From assembly GCA_963676795.2 (NCBI GenBank), contig CAXXTB010000001.1, positions 1,120,001-1,184,000 on the forward strand: DNA of 64,000 bases. The letters run 5' to 3'. Made by a program: the position numbers and the translations under genes. Below are positions 18,125 to 29,593 of this stretch, in pieces (the first letter of the stretch is position 1; the number at the start of each line of letters is the position of its first letter). The notes beneath the pieces were generated by a model. That model saw only the letters and a program-made list of their open reading frames with translations. It did no database searches and was not told where the DNA came from. This DNA is from Geopsychrobacteraceae bacterium (GTDB taxonomy: Bacteria > Desulfobacterota > Desulfuromonadia > Desulfuromonadales > Geopsychrobacteraceae).

Positions 18125-20215
18125 TCAGACCTCCTCAGGGTGCAGAAAGGCACCGGGGCGTAAAGTTGCAACCGAATCGGCTTTCAAGGTCAGGGCTCCG
18201 ACCGGGCAGTAGGCTGCCAGGCGCGGCAGTTCCTCGAAGTTGATCAGAGCCAGCCGTTTATCGAGGGCCGGTTTGACCCGCGCATCAAAGCCGCGGCCGA
18301 AGAAGCCGACGCAGGGGCTCTGCAGGATTTCATCACAGGCCCTGACACAGCAGCCGCACTGGATACATTTATGCTCTTCGTAGACCAGCAGTTCATGGGA
18401 ATCGTCACGCAGGTACTTGCGTTTGTCGCCGGCGAAACGCGTGCCGGTTGCGCCATAGTCGGTCGCATAGTTACGTAAGGCGCACTCGTGGGCATCGCGA
18501 CAGCCGCACTCCATGCAACGGGCCGCTTCAGCCCTGGCCTGCTCGTCGGTGAAGCCGGTTTCAACCTCTTCAAAGCTGCGGGCCCGTGTTTCGGCCGGCA
18601 GTCTCGGCATCGTGACTCTGCTTTGCTGGCCGAAAGGTGCCGTGACTTCTGGCGGGATCTCACTCAGTTCACCCATGCTGTGGGTATAGCCGAGCGGATC
18701 ACCGACGATTTTTTCACCGAGCAGGTACTGGTGGATGGCAAATGCACCACGGCGGCCAGCCGCGACCGCGTTGACGGCAATATCGGCACCGGTGACGCAG
18801 TCGCCGCCGGCAAAGACCCCGTTGAGAAGGGTCTGGCCGGTTTTCTCGTCAGCCTTGAGGGAGCCCCAGGGGGTCAGTTCCACTCCCGAGATCATCGATG
18901 AATCGACGTTCTGGCCGATCGCCGCGATGATCTCATCGACCTCCAGTGAAAATTCAGAATCCATGATCGGTACCGGGCTGCGCCGCCCCGAAGCGTCCGG
19001 TTCACCCAGCTCCATACGCTGGCAGGTCAGCTTGAGGCGCCCGCCATTGGCTTCTATGGCGAGCGGGGCAGCCATCGTCTCGAGCTTGACCCCTTCATGC
19101 AGGGCGTCTTCGATCTCTTCGTCCCAGGCCGGCATCTGCTCCCTGGAACGCCGGTAGAGGATGGTCACCGATTCAGCTCCGAGACGCAGTGCGGTGCGAG
19201 CCGCGTCGATAGCGGTATTTCCACCGCCGACGACGATCACCTCGCGGCCGATCGGCAGATTTTCATCGCGTGATACGGCGGCGAGAAAATCGATACCGCT
19301 GCGCACACCCGACAGATCTTCACCCGGGGTGCGCATACTGGAGGCCTGCTGAGCACCGATACCGAGGAATACGGCGTCATAGTCCGCACGCAGCTGATCG
19401 AGGGAAATATCTTTGCCGAGCGTCGTGTTATAGCGGAAGCTGGCTCCCATCTGTTCGATGACAGCGGTTTCCCGGTCGATGACGTTGCGCGGCAGGCGAT
19501 AGGAGGGGATGCCGTAGCGGATCATTCCGCCCGGAGCCTCATGGGAATCGTAGACTGTACAGTCGACGCCGAACATCTGCAGGTAGTAGGCGGCCGACAG
19601 GCCGGCCGGACCGGCTCCGACCACCGCGACCTTCTTGCCGATCGACGGTTGCTGTTTGGGCGTCATGTCCCAGCCCTGCTCGGCGGCCAGGTCGGCTGGA
19701 AAACGTTTGAGCTGGCAGATGGCGACCGGCTGTTCGATCAGTTGCCTGCGGCAGGCCTCTTCGCAAGGGCGGGTACAGACCCGTCCCAGACAGCCGGCCA
19801 GCGGCATGTTGTTGACGATCAGTTCGAGAGCGTCACGGTGACGGCCGCCTGCGATATGGTTGACGAAGCCGGGGATGTCGATACCGGCCGGGCAGGTGGT
19901 CATGCAGGGGCCGAGGCAGTCGCCGACATGGTCCGAAAGGAGCAGGTCGAGGCAGGTCTTGCGGGCCTTCTGGACCCTGTCGTTTTCGGTATTGACAACC
20001 ATCCCCGCAGCGATCTCCGTTGAACAGGAGGGGACCAGGGAGCGGCGCCCTTCCACCTCGACGGCACAGACAAAGCAGGAGGCGAAAGGTTTCAGGTCTT
20101 CGCGGTGGCAGAAGGTCGGAATGCTGTATCCTGCCCGGGTCGCCGCGTCGAGAATGGTCTCGCCTTGTTGCGCCGTGCAGGGCTTTCCGTTTAAGGTAAA
20201 TTGAACATCACTCAT
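18125..20215 (-). CDS. FAD-dependent Fe-S oxidoreductase (2Fe-2S + GltD/NfnB-like NADPH domain + 4Fe-4S), StnC/NfnA(ABC)-like
   Basis: N-terminal 2Fe-2S, CPAG..CxRPCE, GAGPAG, GGGNTAIDAAR, YRRS, RCMECGC, CIQCGCC. Confidence 0.85.
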   Translation of the reverse strand: MSDVQFTLNGKPCTAQQGETILDAATRAGYSIPTFCHREDLKPFASCFVCAVEVEGRRSLVPSCSTEIAAGMVVNTENDRVQKARKTCLDLLLSDHVGDCLGPCMTTCPAGIDIPGFVNHIAGGRHRDALELIVNNMPLAGCLGRVCTRPCEEACRRQLIEQPVAICQLKRFPADLAAEQGWDMTPKQQPSIGKKVAVVGAGPAGLSAAYYLQMFGVDCTVYDSHEAPGGMIRYGIPSYRLPRNVIDRETAVIEQMGASFRYNTTLGKDISLDQLRADYDAVFLGIGAQQASSMRTPGEDLSGVRSGIDFLAAVSRDENLPIGREVIVVGGGNTAIDAARTALRLGAESVTILYRRSREQMPAWDEEIEDALHEGVKLETMAAPLAIEANGGRLKLTCQRMELGEPDASGRRSPVPIMDSEFSLEVDEIIAAIGQNVDSSMISGVELTPWGSLKADEKTGQTLLNGVFAGGDCVTGADIAVNAVAAGRRGAFAIHQYLLGEKIVGDPLGYTHSMGELSEIPPEVTAPFGQQSRVTMPRLPAETRARSFEEVETGFTDEQARAEAARCMECGCRDAHECALRNYATDYGATGTRFAGDKRKYLRDDSHELLVYEEHKCIQCGCCVRACDEILQSPCVGFFGRGFDARVKPALDKRLALINFEELPRLAAYCPVGALTLKADSVATLRPGAFLHPEEV

Positions 20216-20217
20216 GA

Positions 20218-21975
20218 TTATATCACCCTCACAGCGTCAAAATTACACACATCGCGACAGACCCCACAGCGTACGCAGGTGCTAAGGTCGATGACATGCT
20301 GGCCTTTACGTTCTCCGGAAATGGCAGCCACCGGGCATTTTGCGGCACAGACCGTACAGCCGGTACAGGCGTCGCTGATCTCATAGCCGCACAGGCTGGT
20401 ACATTTGCCGGCTCGGCATTTCTTGTCATGGATGTGTTCTTCGTATTCTTCGCGGAAATATTTGAGCGTGGTCAGCACCGGGTTCGGAGCGGTCTGGCCC
20501 AGGCCGCACAGGCTGGTATCCTTGATCTGGGCCGCCAGCTCTTCAAGCTGATCGATATCCTCCGCGACCCCATGGCCGTCACAGATGCGGGTCAGGATCT
20601 CCAGCATGCGTCGGGTACCGATCCGGCAGAAAGTGCACTTGCCACAGGATTCAAGCTGGGTGAAATCGAGGAAGTAACGGGCCACGTCGACCATGCAGGT
20701 GGTTTCATCGAGCACGATCATCCCGCCGGAACCCATGATGGCGCCGGTGCGGCTGACCTCGTCATAGTCGATGCGGGTATCAAGGAGCTCTTCCGGAATG
20801 CAGCCACCTGAGGGGCCGCCCATCTGCACCGCTTTGATCCTGCGCTGGGTTCCGGTGCCGCCGCCGATCCCCTCGACGATCTCGCGGATGGTGATTCCCA
20901 TCGGTACCTCGACCAGCCCGCCGCGCTTGATCTTGCCCGCCAGGGCAAAGACCTTGGTTCCTTTCGATTTTTCCGTGCCGATGGCGGCATAGTTGTCGGC
21001 CCCGTTGCGGATGATCCAGGGCACGCTGGCCAGGGTTTCGACGTTGTTGATCGTTGTCGGTTTACCGAACAGCCCGGATTGGGCCGGGAATGGCGGGCGC
21101 AGCCGCGGCATGCCGCGTTCCCCTTCGACTGAAGCCATCAGGGCCGTCTCTTCGCCACAGACGAAGGCGCCGGCCCCTTCCTTGACATGGAGGTGGAGGG
21201 AAAAGCTGCTGTCAAAGATATTTGAACCGAGGTAGCCTCGCTCTTCAGCCTGAATGATGGCGGTATTGAGGCGGGCGACGGCCAGCGGATATTCCGCCCG
21301 GCAGTAGATATAGCCCTCATTCGCGCCAGTGGCAAAGGCCTGGATCGCCATCCCTTCCAGGACCGCATGCGGATCGCTCTCGAGGGTGCTGCGATCCATG
21401 AAGGCGCCCGGATCCCCTTCGTCGGCATTGCAGATGACGTACTTGCTGTCGCGTTGTTCGGTCAGGGCGAACTTCCACTTCATCCCGGTCGGAAAGCCTG
21501 CACCGCCACGGCCCCGTAGCCCGGAGGCCAGCACCTCATCACAGACCGCCTGCGGGTCGTTCTGTTCCAGCACCTTCTTCAGCGCCTGGTAGCCATCCCG
21601 GGCCAGGTAGTCATCGATACTTTCAGGGTTGATACAGCCGCAGTTGCCAAGCACGATGCGCTGTTGCTTCTCCATCAGGGCGGCCCCGTCCCCTTTCGTG
21701 GCGTCGAACAGCCAAGGGCTGACCGGGTTGCCGTCACGCAGGTGGTCAGCAACGATCTTTTCCATCTTGGCCGGGTTGAGACTGTGATAGAGGAAGACCT
21801 TGCCATCGGCATCGGTGATCTGAACCTGCGGCTCGGCATGGCACATCCCCAGGCAGCCCATGATCTCGATATCCACGCCCAGGTCGGCCCGTTCAAGGAT
21901 GTCGTAGAGCGCCCGGGAACCGGCGGCCATGTTACAACTGCTCATGCCGACTGAGATTTTCAGCGGTTTAATCAT
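20218..21975 (-). CDS. NuoF/HydB-like FMN, NAD(H)-binding subunit
   Basis: GRGGAGFP, NADEGDPGAFMDR, GAGAFVCGEET, GGPSGG, SCGKCTFCR, C-terminal 2x4Fe-4S. Confidence 0.93.
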   Translation of the reverse strand: MIKPLKISVGMSSCNMAAGSRALYDILERADLGVDIEIMGCLGMCHAEPQVQITDADGKVFLYHSLNPAKMEKIVADHLRDGNPVSPWLFDATKGDGAALMEKQQRIVLGNCGCINPESIDDYLARDGYQALKKVLEQNDPQAVCDEVLASGLRGRGGAGFPTGMKWKFALTEQRDSKYVICNADEGDPGAFMDRSTLESDPHAVLEGMAIQAFATGANEGYIYCRAEYPLAVARLNTAIIQAEERGYLGSNIFDSSFSLHLHVKEGAGAFVCGEETALMASVEGERGMPRLRPPFPAQSGLFGKPTTINNVETLASVPWIIRNGADNYAAIGTEKSKGTKVFALAGKIKRGGLVEVPMGITIREIVEGIGGGTGTQRRIKAVQMGGPSGGCIPEELLDTRIDYDEVSRTGAIMGSGGMIVLDETTCMVDVARYFLDFTQLESCGKCTFCRIGTRRMLEILTRICDGHGVAEDIDQLEELAAQIKDTSLCGLGQTAPNPVLTTLKYFREEYEEHIHDKKCRAGKCTSLCGYEISDACTGCTVCAAKCPVAAISGERKGQHVIDLSTCVRCGVCRDVCNFDAVRVI

Positions 21976-22450
21976 CGCTTCCTCCCTGCAGACGATTGAT
22001 CAGTTCGCCGGCCGCGGTCCGGTCGACGTGGGCACTGATCTCATCGTTGACCGCAACCACCGGGGCCAGAGAACAGCAGCCGAGGCAAGCGACCGATTCG
22101 AGGGTGTACTTGCCGTCCGGGGTGGTTTCTCCGTCCGCGATGTTGAGCCATTTTTCGATGGTTTCAGTGACCCCTTCGGCACCCGCGACGTGGCAGGCGG
22201 TGCCGTGGCAGACCTTGATGATGGTCTCGCCGACCGGTTGCAGACGAAATTGCGAGTAGAAGGTGGCGACCCCGTAGAGCCGGGTTTCGGTCATCTCGGT
22301 GCGGGCGGCAATCCGTTCGATCGCTTCAAGCGGAATGTAGCGGAATTCATTTTGCACAGCCTGGAGCAGTGGTATTGCCTTGTCCGGTCCGGAACCGATA
22401 CGGGCAATGATGGCATCCACCTGCTGCTGAATGTTACAGGAACAGCTCAT
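21968..22450 (-). CDS. NuoE/HydC-like 2Fe-2S subunit
   Basis: VATFYSQF, CHGTACH, CLGCCSLAP. Confidence 0.93.
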   Translation of the reverse strand: MSCSCNIQQQVDAIIARIGSGPDKAIPLLQAVQNEFRYIPLEAIERIAARTEMTETRLYGVATFYSQFRLQPVGETIIKVCHGTACHVAGAEGVTETIEKWLNIADGETTPDGKYTLESVACLGCCSLAPVVAVNDEISAHVDRTAAGELINRLQGGSDD

Positions 22451-23207
22451 AGTACCCCCAAAAGCAGAGAATTAAACAATGGACTTCGAAGCGACCCCAT
22501 TCAGGGCCAATATAAAAGACTAGTGACTCATAAAAGGCTATGACGGATGAATGATGGACTCGTGCAGAGCCTGCAGCAGATTCCATAAATGCGAAAAATC
22601 AGAGGATGAATTTTAAGCATTTCAGCCCCGGGAACAAGGGCGCTTTCATGAGTCATACAATAGCACCCAACCTCGAGTACTGCAGTGTGACAGCAGCAGC
22701 GGGCACATAATAAAATAACAGATCACAGAGGTCTATCAATGTGGCAGCATGTGGCTATGACCTCTGATCGCTTCTCTTGGCGAGAAACGTCACGCCTCCC
22801 CTTGTAGGATAGGCTTAATCTTAGTGTCAATCAAAAAGCCGCTGACCTGCTTGCGCTATCTGATGCAGATTTTGGATCAACGAAAAATAATGTATGAATA
22901 TTATCATATTTGAATCTTTCTTCAACTTCGGATTCGTTCATGGGCCAACATGTTGCGTATAAGGAATAAAGGGCTGAAAAGCTCAGTTATCCCTCTGGCC
23001 GTTTTGCTCTCATCCGGAATCGAGCGAAAGCGGATTTAGGCAAGACAACACCCTATTGCAAACATTATGGTGAAATAGTAGGTGAGAAACAGATCTTTGT
23101 GAAATGACTTATTTTAATAGAAGTATCAAAAAAAGTGATGGTCATGCTGCTGTTTTGTCGATCTGGAACAGCTGCAATGACGGGTGAAGCGTACTCCCGA
23201 TCCCTGT

Positions 23208-24119
23208 TCAGTTCTGATCGGGAGCCGCTTCATAGTGTAACAGGTGCTCCCTAAGGATTGACTTGAAGCTTTCGACCATATTTTTGGGATAGGGGGTCGC
23301 GCGGGTGACAATCCCGGCCGATGATTCCCAGAAGGTTCCTTCATGCTGAACGGGGACCAGGTCGAATTTGGCGGCATCGGCCAGCATCGGATGCGGGAGG
23401 TGGGCGAGAAACTGACCGGCCTGAACGATCTTCATCATCGCCAGGCTGTGGGTTTCGACGGCCAGGGTCGGCGGCTCCAGACCGTTGGCCCTGAAGTAGG
23501 CGCCGATCCGGGCAAAGCCGACGTTGTCACGGGCCAGAACGACCCAGGAGTAGGCCGCCATGTCTTGGGCACGAACCCGCTGTTTTTGGGCCAGGGGGTG
23601 CCCCGCAGCAGCAACCACCGCATGCCTGATCTGGATCAGGGTCTCGCTGTGAATTTCCGGATGAGATGGGAAGTCGAGGGTGCTGCAGGCCAGGTCGATA
23701 TCGCCTTCGAGCAGGGCTGGAATGATGGTGTCGATAACCCCGAGGTCGAGATAGATTTTGACCCCCGGATACTGCTGGTTGAATTTGGAGATGACCGGCG
23801 GCAGGATGGTACTGACCCAGACTGGCCCGGCTGCGATGCGCAAGGTTCCGGCAATCCCTTCCTGCATGGCGCTGATCTCGGCGAGGGCATGCTGATATTC
23901 AACATCCATCAACCGCGCCCGTCGAAGCAGAATTTTCCCTTCGCCCGTCAGCAGGACCCCCTTCTGATGCCGTTCGAACAGAGGTGCTCCGATGCTGACT
24001 TCCAGCTGTTTGATACTTTTGCTCAGTGCCGGCTGGCTGATATGTAAAACTTCTGCAGCAGCGGTCAGGTTGCGATGTTCGGCAACAGCGAGAAAATGGC
24101 GTAAGATGCGTGATTGCAT
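23208..24119 (-). CDS. LysR family transcriptional regulator
   Basis: AAEVLHISQPALSKSIKQLE..LFER HTH; divergent from pntAB. Confidence 0.95.
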   Translation of the reverse strand: MQSRILRHFLAVAEHRNLTAAAEVLHISQPALSKSIKQLEVSIGAPLFERHQKGVLLTGEGKILLRRARLMDVEYQHALAEISAMQEGIAGTLRIAAGPVWVSTILPPVISKFNQQYPGVKIYLDLGVIDTIIPALLEGDIDLACSTLDFPSHPEIHSETLIQIRHAVVAAAGHPLAQKQRVRAQDMAAYSWVVLARDNVGFARIGAYFRANGLEPPTLAVETHSLAMMKIVQAGQFLAHLPHPMLADAAKFDLVPVQHEGTFWESSAGIVTRATPYPKNMVESFKSILREHLLHYEAAPDQN

Positions 24120-24399
24120 GATGAAACACTCCTGGCAACTGACTCTGGTGTCTGATCTGTGTTTAGTAGCATAACAAAAAGTTATGGTTTTGAGGTAAAC
24201 ATCTATTTGCTGCTCTCTGAATATCCGGATACATTGACTGTTGTGAGATTTTATAGTGGGCTCTAAATGAGATCGGATATTTTTTAGAGGGCATTTTGCC
24301 GTCTGGTCCCATTTCGGCTTATCATAGGTCTAGCGACGACAGGGATAATTCCCTTGAGATTCGCGATCCGATCCCAACTGTCTGGACAAGGAGGTCTTC

Positions 24400-25974
24400 A
24401 TGCCGATGAAAATAGGGGTTCCCAGGGAACTGCAGGCTGGGGAGCAGCGTGTCGCCCTGACGCCCGATACTGCAGAAAAATTACAGAAACTTGGATTCGC
24501 AGTCGCTGTAGAGTCCGGGGCAGGTAGCGCGGCCAGTTTTACCGATCAGGCCTACAGTGCTGCCGGAGTCGAAATCTTAGCGGACGCGAGGGCGCTGTGG
24601 GGAAACTGCGATATTGTCATGAAGGTCAACGCCCCGCTGATCGATTCACAAAGCGGTGAATTCGAGGCGGATTGGCTCAAAGAGGGGGGGACCCTGATCT
24701 CTTTTGTCTGGCCGGCCCAGAACGAGGATCTGATGCAGCGTCTGGCCGCGCGCAATATCAATGTCATGGCCATGGACTCTGTTCCGCGGATCTCCCGGGC
24801 CCAGGCTCTGGATGCCTTAAGTTCGATGGCCAACATCTCCGGTTATCGCGCAGTCATCGAGGCGGCCCATCACTTCGGGCGCTTTTTCACCGGTCAGATC
24901 ACCGCCGCCGGCAAGGTTCCGCCTGCAAAGGTGATGGTCATCGGCGCCGGGGTGGCCGGGCTGGCGGCCATCGGTGCCGCGGGCAGCCTGGGGGCTGAAG
25001 TCCGGGCATTCGATACCCGTCCCGAGGTGGCCGAGCAGATCGAGTCGATGGGCGCGAGCTTCCTGACGCTCGATTTCGAGGAGGAGGCCGGTGTCGGCGA
25101 CGGCTACGCGAAGGTGATGTCCGAGGCCTTCATCCGGGCCGAGATGGAACTGTTCGCCCGCCAGGCTAAAGAGGTTGATATCATCATCACCACGGCAGCG
25201 ATTCCAGGCAAGCCCGCCCCGCGGCTGATTATGGCCGATATGGTCCGGTCGATGAAGCCCGGCAGCGTCATCGTCGATCTGGCGGCGGCGACCGGTGGCA
25301 ACTGTGAGCTGACCCGGGCGGGAGAGGTGGTTGTCGATAGCGATGTCACCATCATCGGTTACACCGATCTGGCCTCACGCCTGCCGACCCAGTCGAGCCA
25401 GCTCTACGGCACCAACCTGGTCAACCTGCTTAAATTGCTCTGCCCGGGCAAGGACGGCCAGATCGACATCAATTTTGACGATGAGGTGATTCGCGGGGTG
25501 ACCGTTGTCAAAGCCGGAGAAATCACCTGGCCGGCGCCGCCGATCAAGGTCTCGGTCCAGCCTGCCGCGGCACCGGCCGGCGAACCTGTCGCTGTCGTCA
25601 GCAAGCCACCCAAACCCTGGCTCAAGCCGCTTCTGGCAGTCGTTGCCGCTCTGGTCTTTGCCTGGATCGCCCATGTTTCCCCACCCGACTTCCTCGGTCA
25701 CTTCACGGTCTTTGTCCTGGCCTGTGTGGTCGGTTATTACGTCATCTGGAATGTCACCCATGCTCTGCACACCCCGCTGATGAGCGTCACCAACGCCATC
25801 TCCGGGATCATCGTGGTCGGTGGTCTGGTCCAGATGGGCTCGAACAATCCAATTATCATTGTTCTTTCGTCGATCGCCGTTTTGATCGCAACCATCAATA
25901 TCGTCGGTGGGTTTACCGTGACCCAGCGCATGCTCAAGATGTTCCAGAAGGATGACCAGGGAGGCAAAGCATGA
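24400..25974 (+). CDS. pntA: NAD(P) transhydrogenase subunit alpha
   Basis: [33 protein letters not shown]. Confidence 0.97.
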   Translation: MPMKIGVPRELQAGEQRVALTPDTAEKLQKLGFAVAVESGAGSAASFTDQAYSAAGVEILADARALWGNCDIVMKVNAPLIDSQSGEFEADWLKEGGTLISFVWPAQNEDLMQRLAARNINVMAMDSVPRISRAQALDALSSMANISGYRAVIEAAHHFGRFFTGQITAAGKVPPAKVMVIGAGVAGLAAIGAAGSLGAEVRAFDTRPEVAEQIESMGASFLTLDFEEEAGVGDGYAKVMSEAFIRAEMELFARQAKEVDIIITTAAIPGKPAPRLIMADMVRSMKPGSVIVDLAAATGGNCELTRAGEVVVDSDVTIIGYTDLASRLPTQSSQLYGTNLVNLLKLLCPGKDGQIDINFDDEVIRGVTVVKAGEITWPAPPIKVSVQPAAAPAGEPVAVVSKPPKPWLKPLLAVVAALVFAWIAHVSPPDFLGHFTVFVLACVVGYYVIWNVTHALHTPLMSVTNAISGIIVVGGLVQMGSNNPIIIVLSSIAVLIATINIVGGFTVTQRMLKMFQKDDQGGKA

Positions 25975-27479
25975 TGATTTCCAGTGGATTACTGACCGCT
26001 TCCTATGTTGTTGCCGGCTTGCTGTTTATCCTCTCCCTGGCCGGTTTGAGTCGCCAGGAGAGCGCCCGGCGCGGCAATCTCTACGGCATCCTGGGGATGT
26101 TCATCGCCATGCTGCTCGTTCTGCTCAACCTGTTTTCCCATGGTTTCGGCAGTTTTGGCGCTGGCGGGATCAGTGCCCTGTGGTTACTTGTTCCGGCGCT
26201 GATCATCGGTGCCGCCATCGGTGTCCGCCTGGCCCTTAAGGTCGAGATGACCGGTATGCCGGAACTGGTCGCCATGCTCCACAGTTTCGTCGGCATGGCG
26301 GCGGTGCTGGTCGGTTTCTCCAGCGCCTTTGAGCTGAAGGAAAAGATCGCCCATCACTGCAGTCTGGCCGGCAAGGCCGATTCCGTTGTCGCCGCTCTGG
26401 GAGGCAAGGCGGATGCACTGGCTCTCTGTATCCATGAACAGCTCGGCAGCAGCGAAAGCATCATCCATAATGTCGAGATCTTCCTTGGTATCTTCATCGG
26501 TGCGGTCACCTTCAGCGGTTCGGTGGTCGCCTTTGCCAAGTTGCGCGGGGTCATGAGCAGCGCGCCGCTGGTCCTGCCGGCCAAGCATCTGCTCAATATC
26601 GTCATGGTCATCGCATCGATCGCTCTGGGGATCTACTACATGCAGTGCGGAAGCATCGGCGCCCTGTTCATCATGACTCTGATCGCCTTTGTCTTCGGTT
26701 ATCACCTGGTCGCCTCGATCGGCGGGGCCGATATGCCGGTTGTCGTGTCGATGCTTAACTCCTACTCGGGGTGGGCGGCAGCTGCAGCTGGTTTCATGCT
26801 TTCCAACGATCTGCTGATCATCACCGGTGCCCTGGTCGGCAGCTCCGGTGCGATCCTCTCCTACATCATGTGTAAAGCGATGAACCGTTCCTTTGTCAGC
26901 GTCATCCTCGGCGGCTTCGGGACCGCCGGTGGGACTATGGCCGAAGGGGAGATGGGCGAGTATTTCGAGACGAGCGCCGAGGAGCTGGCGGACAATTTAA
27001 GTTCGGCTTCAAGTGTCATCATCGCCCCCGGTTACGGTATGGCGGTGGCGCAGGCTCAGTACCCGGTTGCAGACATCACCAAGAAGCTTCGGGCCAAGGG
27101 GATCGAGGTGCGTTTCGCCATCCACCCGGTCGCCGGTCGTCTGCCAGGGCACATGAATGTTCTGCTCGCCGAGGCCAAGGTGCCCTACGATATCGTTCTT
27201 GAGATGGATGAGATCAATGAGGACTTCAAAGAGACCGATATCGTTCTGGTGATCGGTGCCAACGATACGGTCAACCCGGCTGCCAAGGAACCGGGCAGCC
27301 CGATCGCCGGAATGCCGGTCCTCGAAGTGTGGAACGCCAGACAGGTCGTGGTCTTCAAGCGCTCGATGGCGACCGGTTATGCCGGGGTGCAGAATCCACT
27401 GTTCTTCAAGGAGAACACTAAAATGCTCTTCGGAGACGCCAAGGCCAGTGTCGATGCGATTCTCAAGGCACTCGACTGA
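25971..27479 (+). CDS. pntB: NAD(P) transhydrogenase subunit beta
   Basis: [40 protein letters not shown]. Confidence 0.97.
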   Translation: MMISSGLLTASYVVAGLLFILSLAGLSRQESARRGNLYGILGMFIAMLLVLLNLFSHGFGSFGAGGISALWLLVPALIIGAAIGVRLALKVEMTGMPELVAMLHSFVGMAAVLVGFSSAFELKEKIAHHCSLAGKADSVVAALGGKADALALCIHEQLGSSESIIHNVEIFLGIFIGAVTFSGSVVAFAKLRGVMSSAPLVLPAKHLLNIVMVIASIALGIYYMQCGSIGALFIMTLIAFVFGYHLVASIGGADMPVVVSMLNSYSGWAAAAAGFMLSNDLLIITGALVGSSGAILSYIMCKAMNRSFVSVILGGFGTAGGTMAEGEMGEYFETSAEELADNLSSASSVIIAPGYGMAVAQAQYPVADITKKLRAKGIEVRFAIHPVAGRLPGHMNVLLAEAKVPYDIVLEMDEINEDFKETDIVLVIGANDTVNPAAKEPGSPIAGMPVLEVWNARQVVVFKRSMATGYAGVQNPLFFKENTKMLFGDAKASVDAILKALD

Positions 27480-27516
27480 CCGGAGCTTTTTTCATTGATC
27501 AAAAATCCGGGTGTGC

Positions 27517-27544
27517 CCGTTTGAGGAGCTTGCTCCTCAAACGG
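27517..27544. repeat. Short palindromic repeat, second copy at 61887-61914
   Basis: CCGTTTGAGGAGC-TT-GCTCCTCAAACGG. Confidence 0.8.
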
Positions 27545-27560
27545 TTTATTTTCAAAATTC

Positions 27561-27975
27561 ATCATGCCGTGAACCGGCATTGAGATTGCGCGAATTCAAG
27601 ATGCGAAGCATCTTGTTTGAGCGTGAGGCGAGCTGCTGCCCAAAGGCTACGAAGATCACCAGGTACAAATTACGCCAGTGCTTTTTTTAAAGAGTTTTTT
27701 TGCATACTTATTTGACGATTCAAAAAAGTATGTCGCCAGCCGGTGCGAGAACCGGCGGTTTTGATGTTCTGCATTTCAACAGTCTAAAATCAAAACCTCG
27801 GGGTCGCGGCCCCGAACGCCGCCATACTTTTTGGCCAGAGCCCCAAAAAGTACGCAAAAATGGCTCTTTAATATGTCGCTTTTGAGCCTGCGTCGCTGCG
27901 TAGGATCATACCAGCAACTGACCTCGCGCCCGACGATGAGCTTTGCTCATCTGATGGGCAGAACCGAATTATTTT
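27561..27975. repeat. Modular intergenic repeat copy 2 (cap A + cap B)
   Basis: GATTGCGCGAATTC..GGCTACGAAGA left cap; ACCAGCAACTGAC..GATGAGCTTTGCTCATC..GGGCAGAACCG right cap. Confidence 0.85.
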
Positions 27976-28103
27976 ATTGGATACGGGGAAAAAGGTTCCG
28001 GCCGCCTTTGCAGGCGGCCGGAGGTGTTACGGATGGCTGTTTTCTTGTTCTTGTGTTGCGACTGCACTTACGAGGAGGGAGGAAGAGCAGTTTCTTGCGG
28101 CTA

Positions 28104-28979
28104 TCAGATTGCCTGTTTTTCCAGTGCTTCGAGGTCGAGATCTTGGCCGATCAACCCTGCAGCGTCTGCACGGCACTGCTTGCAGTGACGAGCCTGGGAA
28201 AGGATGAGTTCAGCCTGATTACGAACCATATCCATGGTCAGAGCCGAAGGAGCTTCGATGCCTTCAAACTTACCAACCGGAATGATCGGCATGATGTTCA
28301 TCATGGTTGCACCCAGCTCTCGGACCTTGACGGCGAGATCGAGGGTTTCATGGTCATTGACGCCGGGGATGTAGACGTGGTTGACCTTGACCATCAGGCC
28401 CGCTTCGGCAGCCAGTTTGACACCCGCGAGCTGTTTCTCCAGCAGGAAGGCCGCACCTTCGACCCCTTCAAGTTTCAAATGGTCGTATCTTATCCATTCG
28501 TAGACCTTGGCGCCGGTTTCCGGAGTCAGGGCGTTGATGGTAACGGTCAGACTGTGAATACCGAGTTCCTTGATCTGCTCCATGCTTTCCGGCAGGCGCA
28601 GGCCGTTGGTCGACAGACAGAGGGTCATGTCCGGATGGGCTTCACGTACCAGTTTGAAGGTCTCAAAGGTTTTCGGGTTGGCCAGGGGATCTCCAGGACC
28701 GGCAATACCGACGACTTTCAGGCTTGGACCATCCTGCTTCTCCATATGGCGCTTGACCAGTTCAACCCGTCTGAGCGCTTGCTCAGGGGTCAGAACCTTG
28801 CTGGTGATACCCGGACGGCTTTCGTTGACGCAGTCATACTTGCGTTCGCAGAAGCCGCACTTGATATTGCAGCCAGGGGCTACAGGCAAATGAACGCGTG
28901 CAGCTTTATTGTGGTCACCACCAAAGCAGGGGTGGTCGGTTTGTCTTTGTGCCTTCATCATGGGACATGTGCCAGCCAT
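28104..28979 (-). CDS. nifB: FeMo-co biosynthesis radical SAM protein NifB (stand-alone SAM domain)
   Basis: NifB signature motifs HPC, CxxxCxxC, ESRP, AGPG, TxTxN, CxxCRxDAxG all present. Confidence 0.9.
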   Translation of the reverse strand: MAGTCPMMKAQRQTDHPCFGGDHNKAARVHLPVAPGCNIKCGFCERKYDCVNESRPGITSKVLTPEQALRRVELVKRHMEKQDGPSLKVVGIAGPGDPLANPKTFETFKLVREAHPDMTLCLSTNGLRLPESMEQIKELGIHSLTVTINALTPETGAKVYEWIRYDHLKLEGVEGAAFLLEKQLAGVKLAAEAGLMVKVNHVYIPGVNDHETLDLAVKVRELGATMMNIMPIIPVGKFEGIEAPSALTMDMVRNQAELILSQARHCKQCRADAAGLIGQDLDLEALEKQAI

Positions 28980-29226
28980 AACAGTTCTCCTGTCGAAAAC
29001 GGGTTGTTTCAGTCGGAGCGACGTCGCTCACAGGCTTTAAATAGGGGATTTTTGTTGCCTGCTGTTTTCCGGCACTTCGTCGTACTGGAGAGATCTATTG
29101 GAAATCCTCTTAAAGGCGAGGATCATATTTTAAAAATTCAGGGCAAAACACACCTCAGGATTGCGTATTGCCCTTGCCATTGGCGATTGCAGCTCAGGGA
29201 CTTTTGAAGGGGGCGAAAACGCCCCA

Positions 29227-29577
29227 CTATTTTGTTTCCTGGTACTTCTCGACCAGATCGTTGGCCAGCTTCAGCGCTGGGGCGATCTCGGCAGAGGTTG
29301 TCACCGGCAGGATGCCGGCTTTTAACAGTTCTTCTCTTGGCAGTTGCCCGATCATGGCCGTAACCACGGCCTGACAGCCGCTAAGCGCCTTGACGATACC
29401 GTCAAACTGGCGATGGCGGAACGGGTTGTCCGGATCGAACTGGCAGTATTTGTCTACTGAAACTTCATCCACCTGCTCGTAAGAGTCATTGCTGTAGTCA
29501 TAGATCAGAAAACGCTCTGCATGACCAAAGTGCTGATCGATTTCGGTACCCGATTTTGTGGCAACTGCGATCTTCAT
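29227..29577 (-). CDS. NifB/NifX family FeMo-co binding protein
   Basis: MKIAVAT..IDQHFGHAERF. Confidence 0.88.
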   Translation of the reverse strand: MKIAVATKSGTEIDQHFGHAERFLIYDYSNDSYEQVDEVSVDKYCQFDPDNPFRHRQFDGIVKALSGCQAVVTAMIGQLPREELLKAGILPVTTSAEIAPALKLANDLVEKYQETK

Positions 29578-29593
29578 AGCTCAAAACGTCGAC

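Noticed and set aside
20218..22450. nuoE/nuoF of respiratory complex I or an [FeFe]-hydrogenase
   Set aside because: No other nuo genes nearby and no H-cluster motifs in the third subunit.
22451..23207. 750-bp intergenic gap with one hairpin (CAGAGGTC/GACCTCTG)
   Set aside because: No convincing ORF, tRNA or known RNA motif recognised; probably promoter DNA.
27831..29207. 458-aa plus-strand ORF
   Set aside because: Shadow of nifB extended into a repeat element.
28980..29226. Possible sigma54 or ANTAR site before nifB
   Set aside because: TGGCA lacks GC at the correct spacing, and hairpin loops do not fit the twin A1/G4 pattern.
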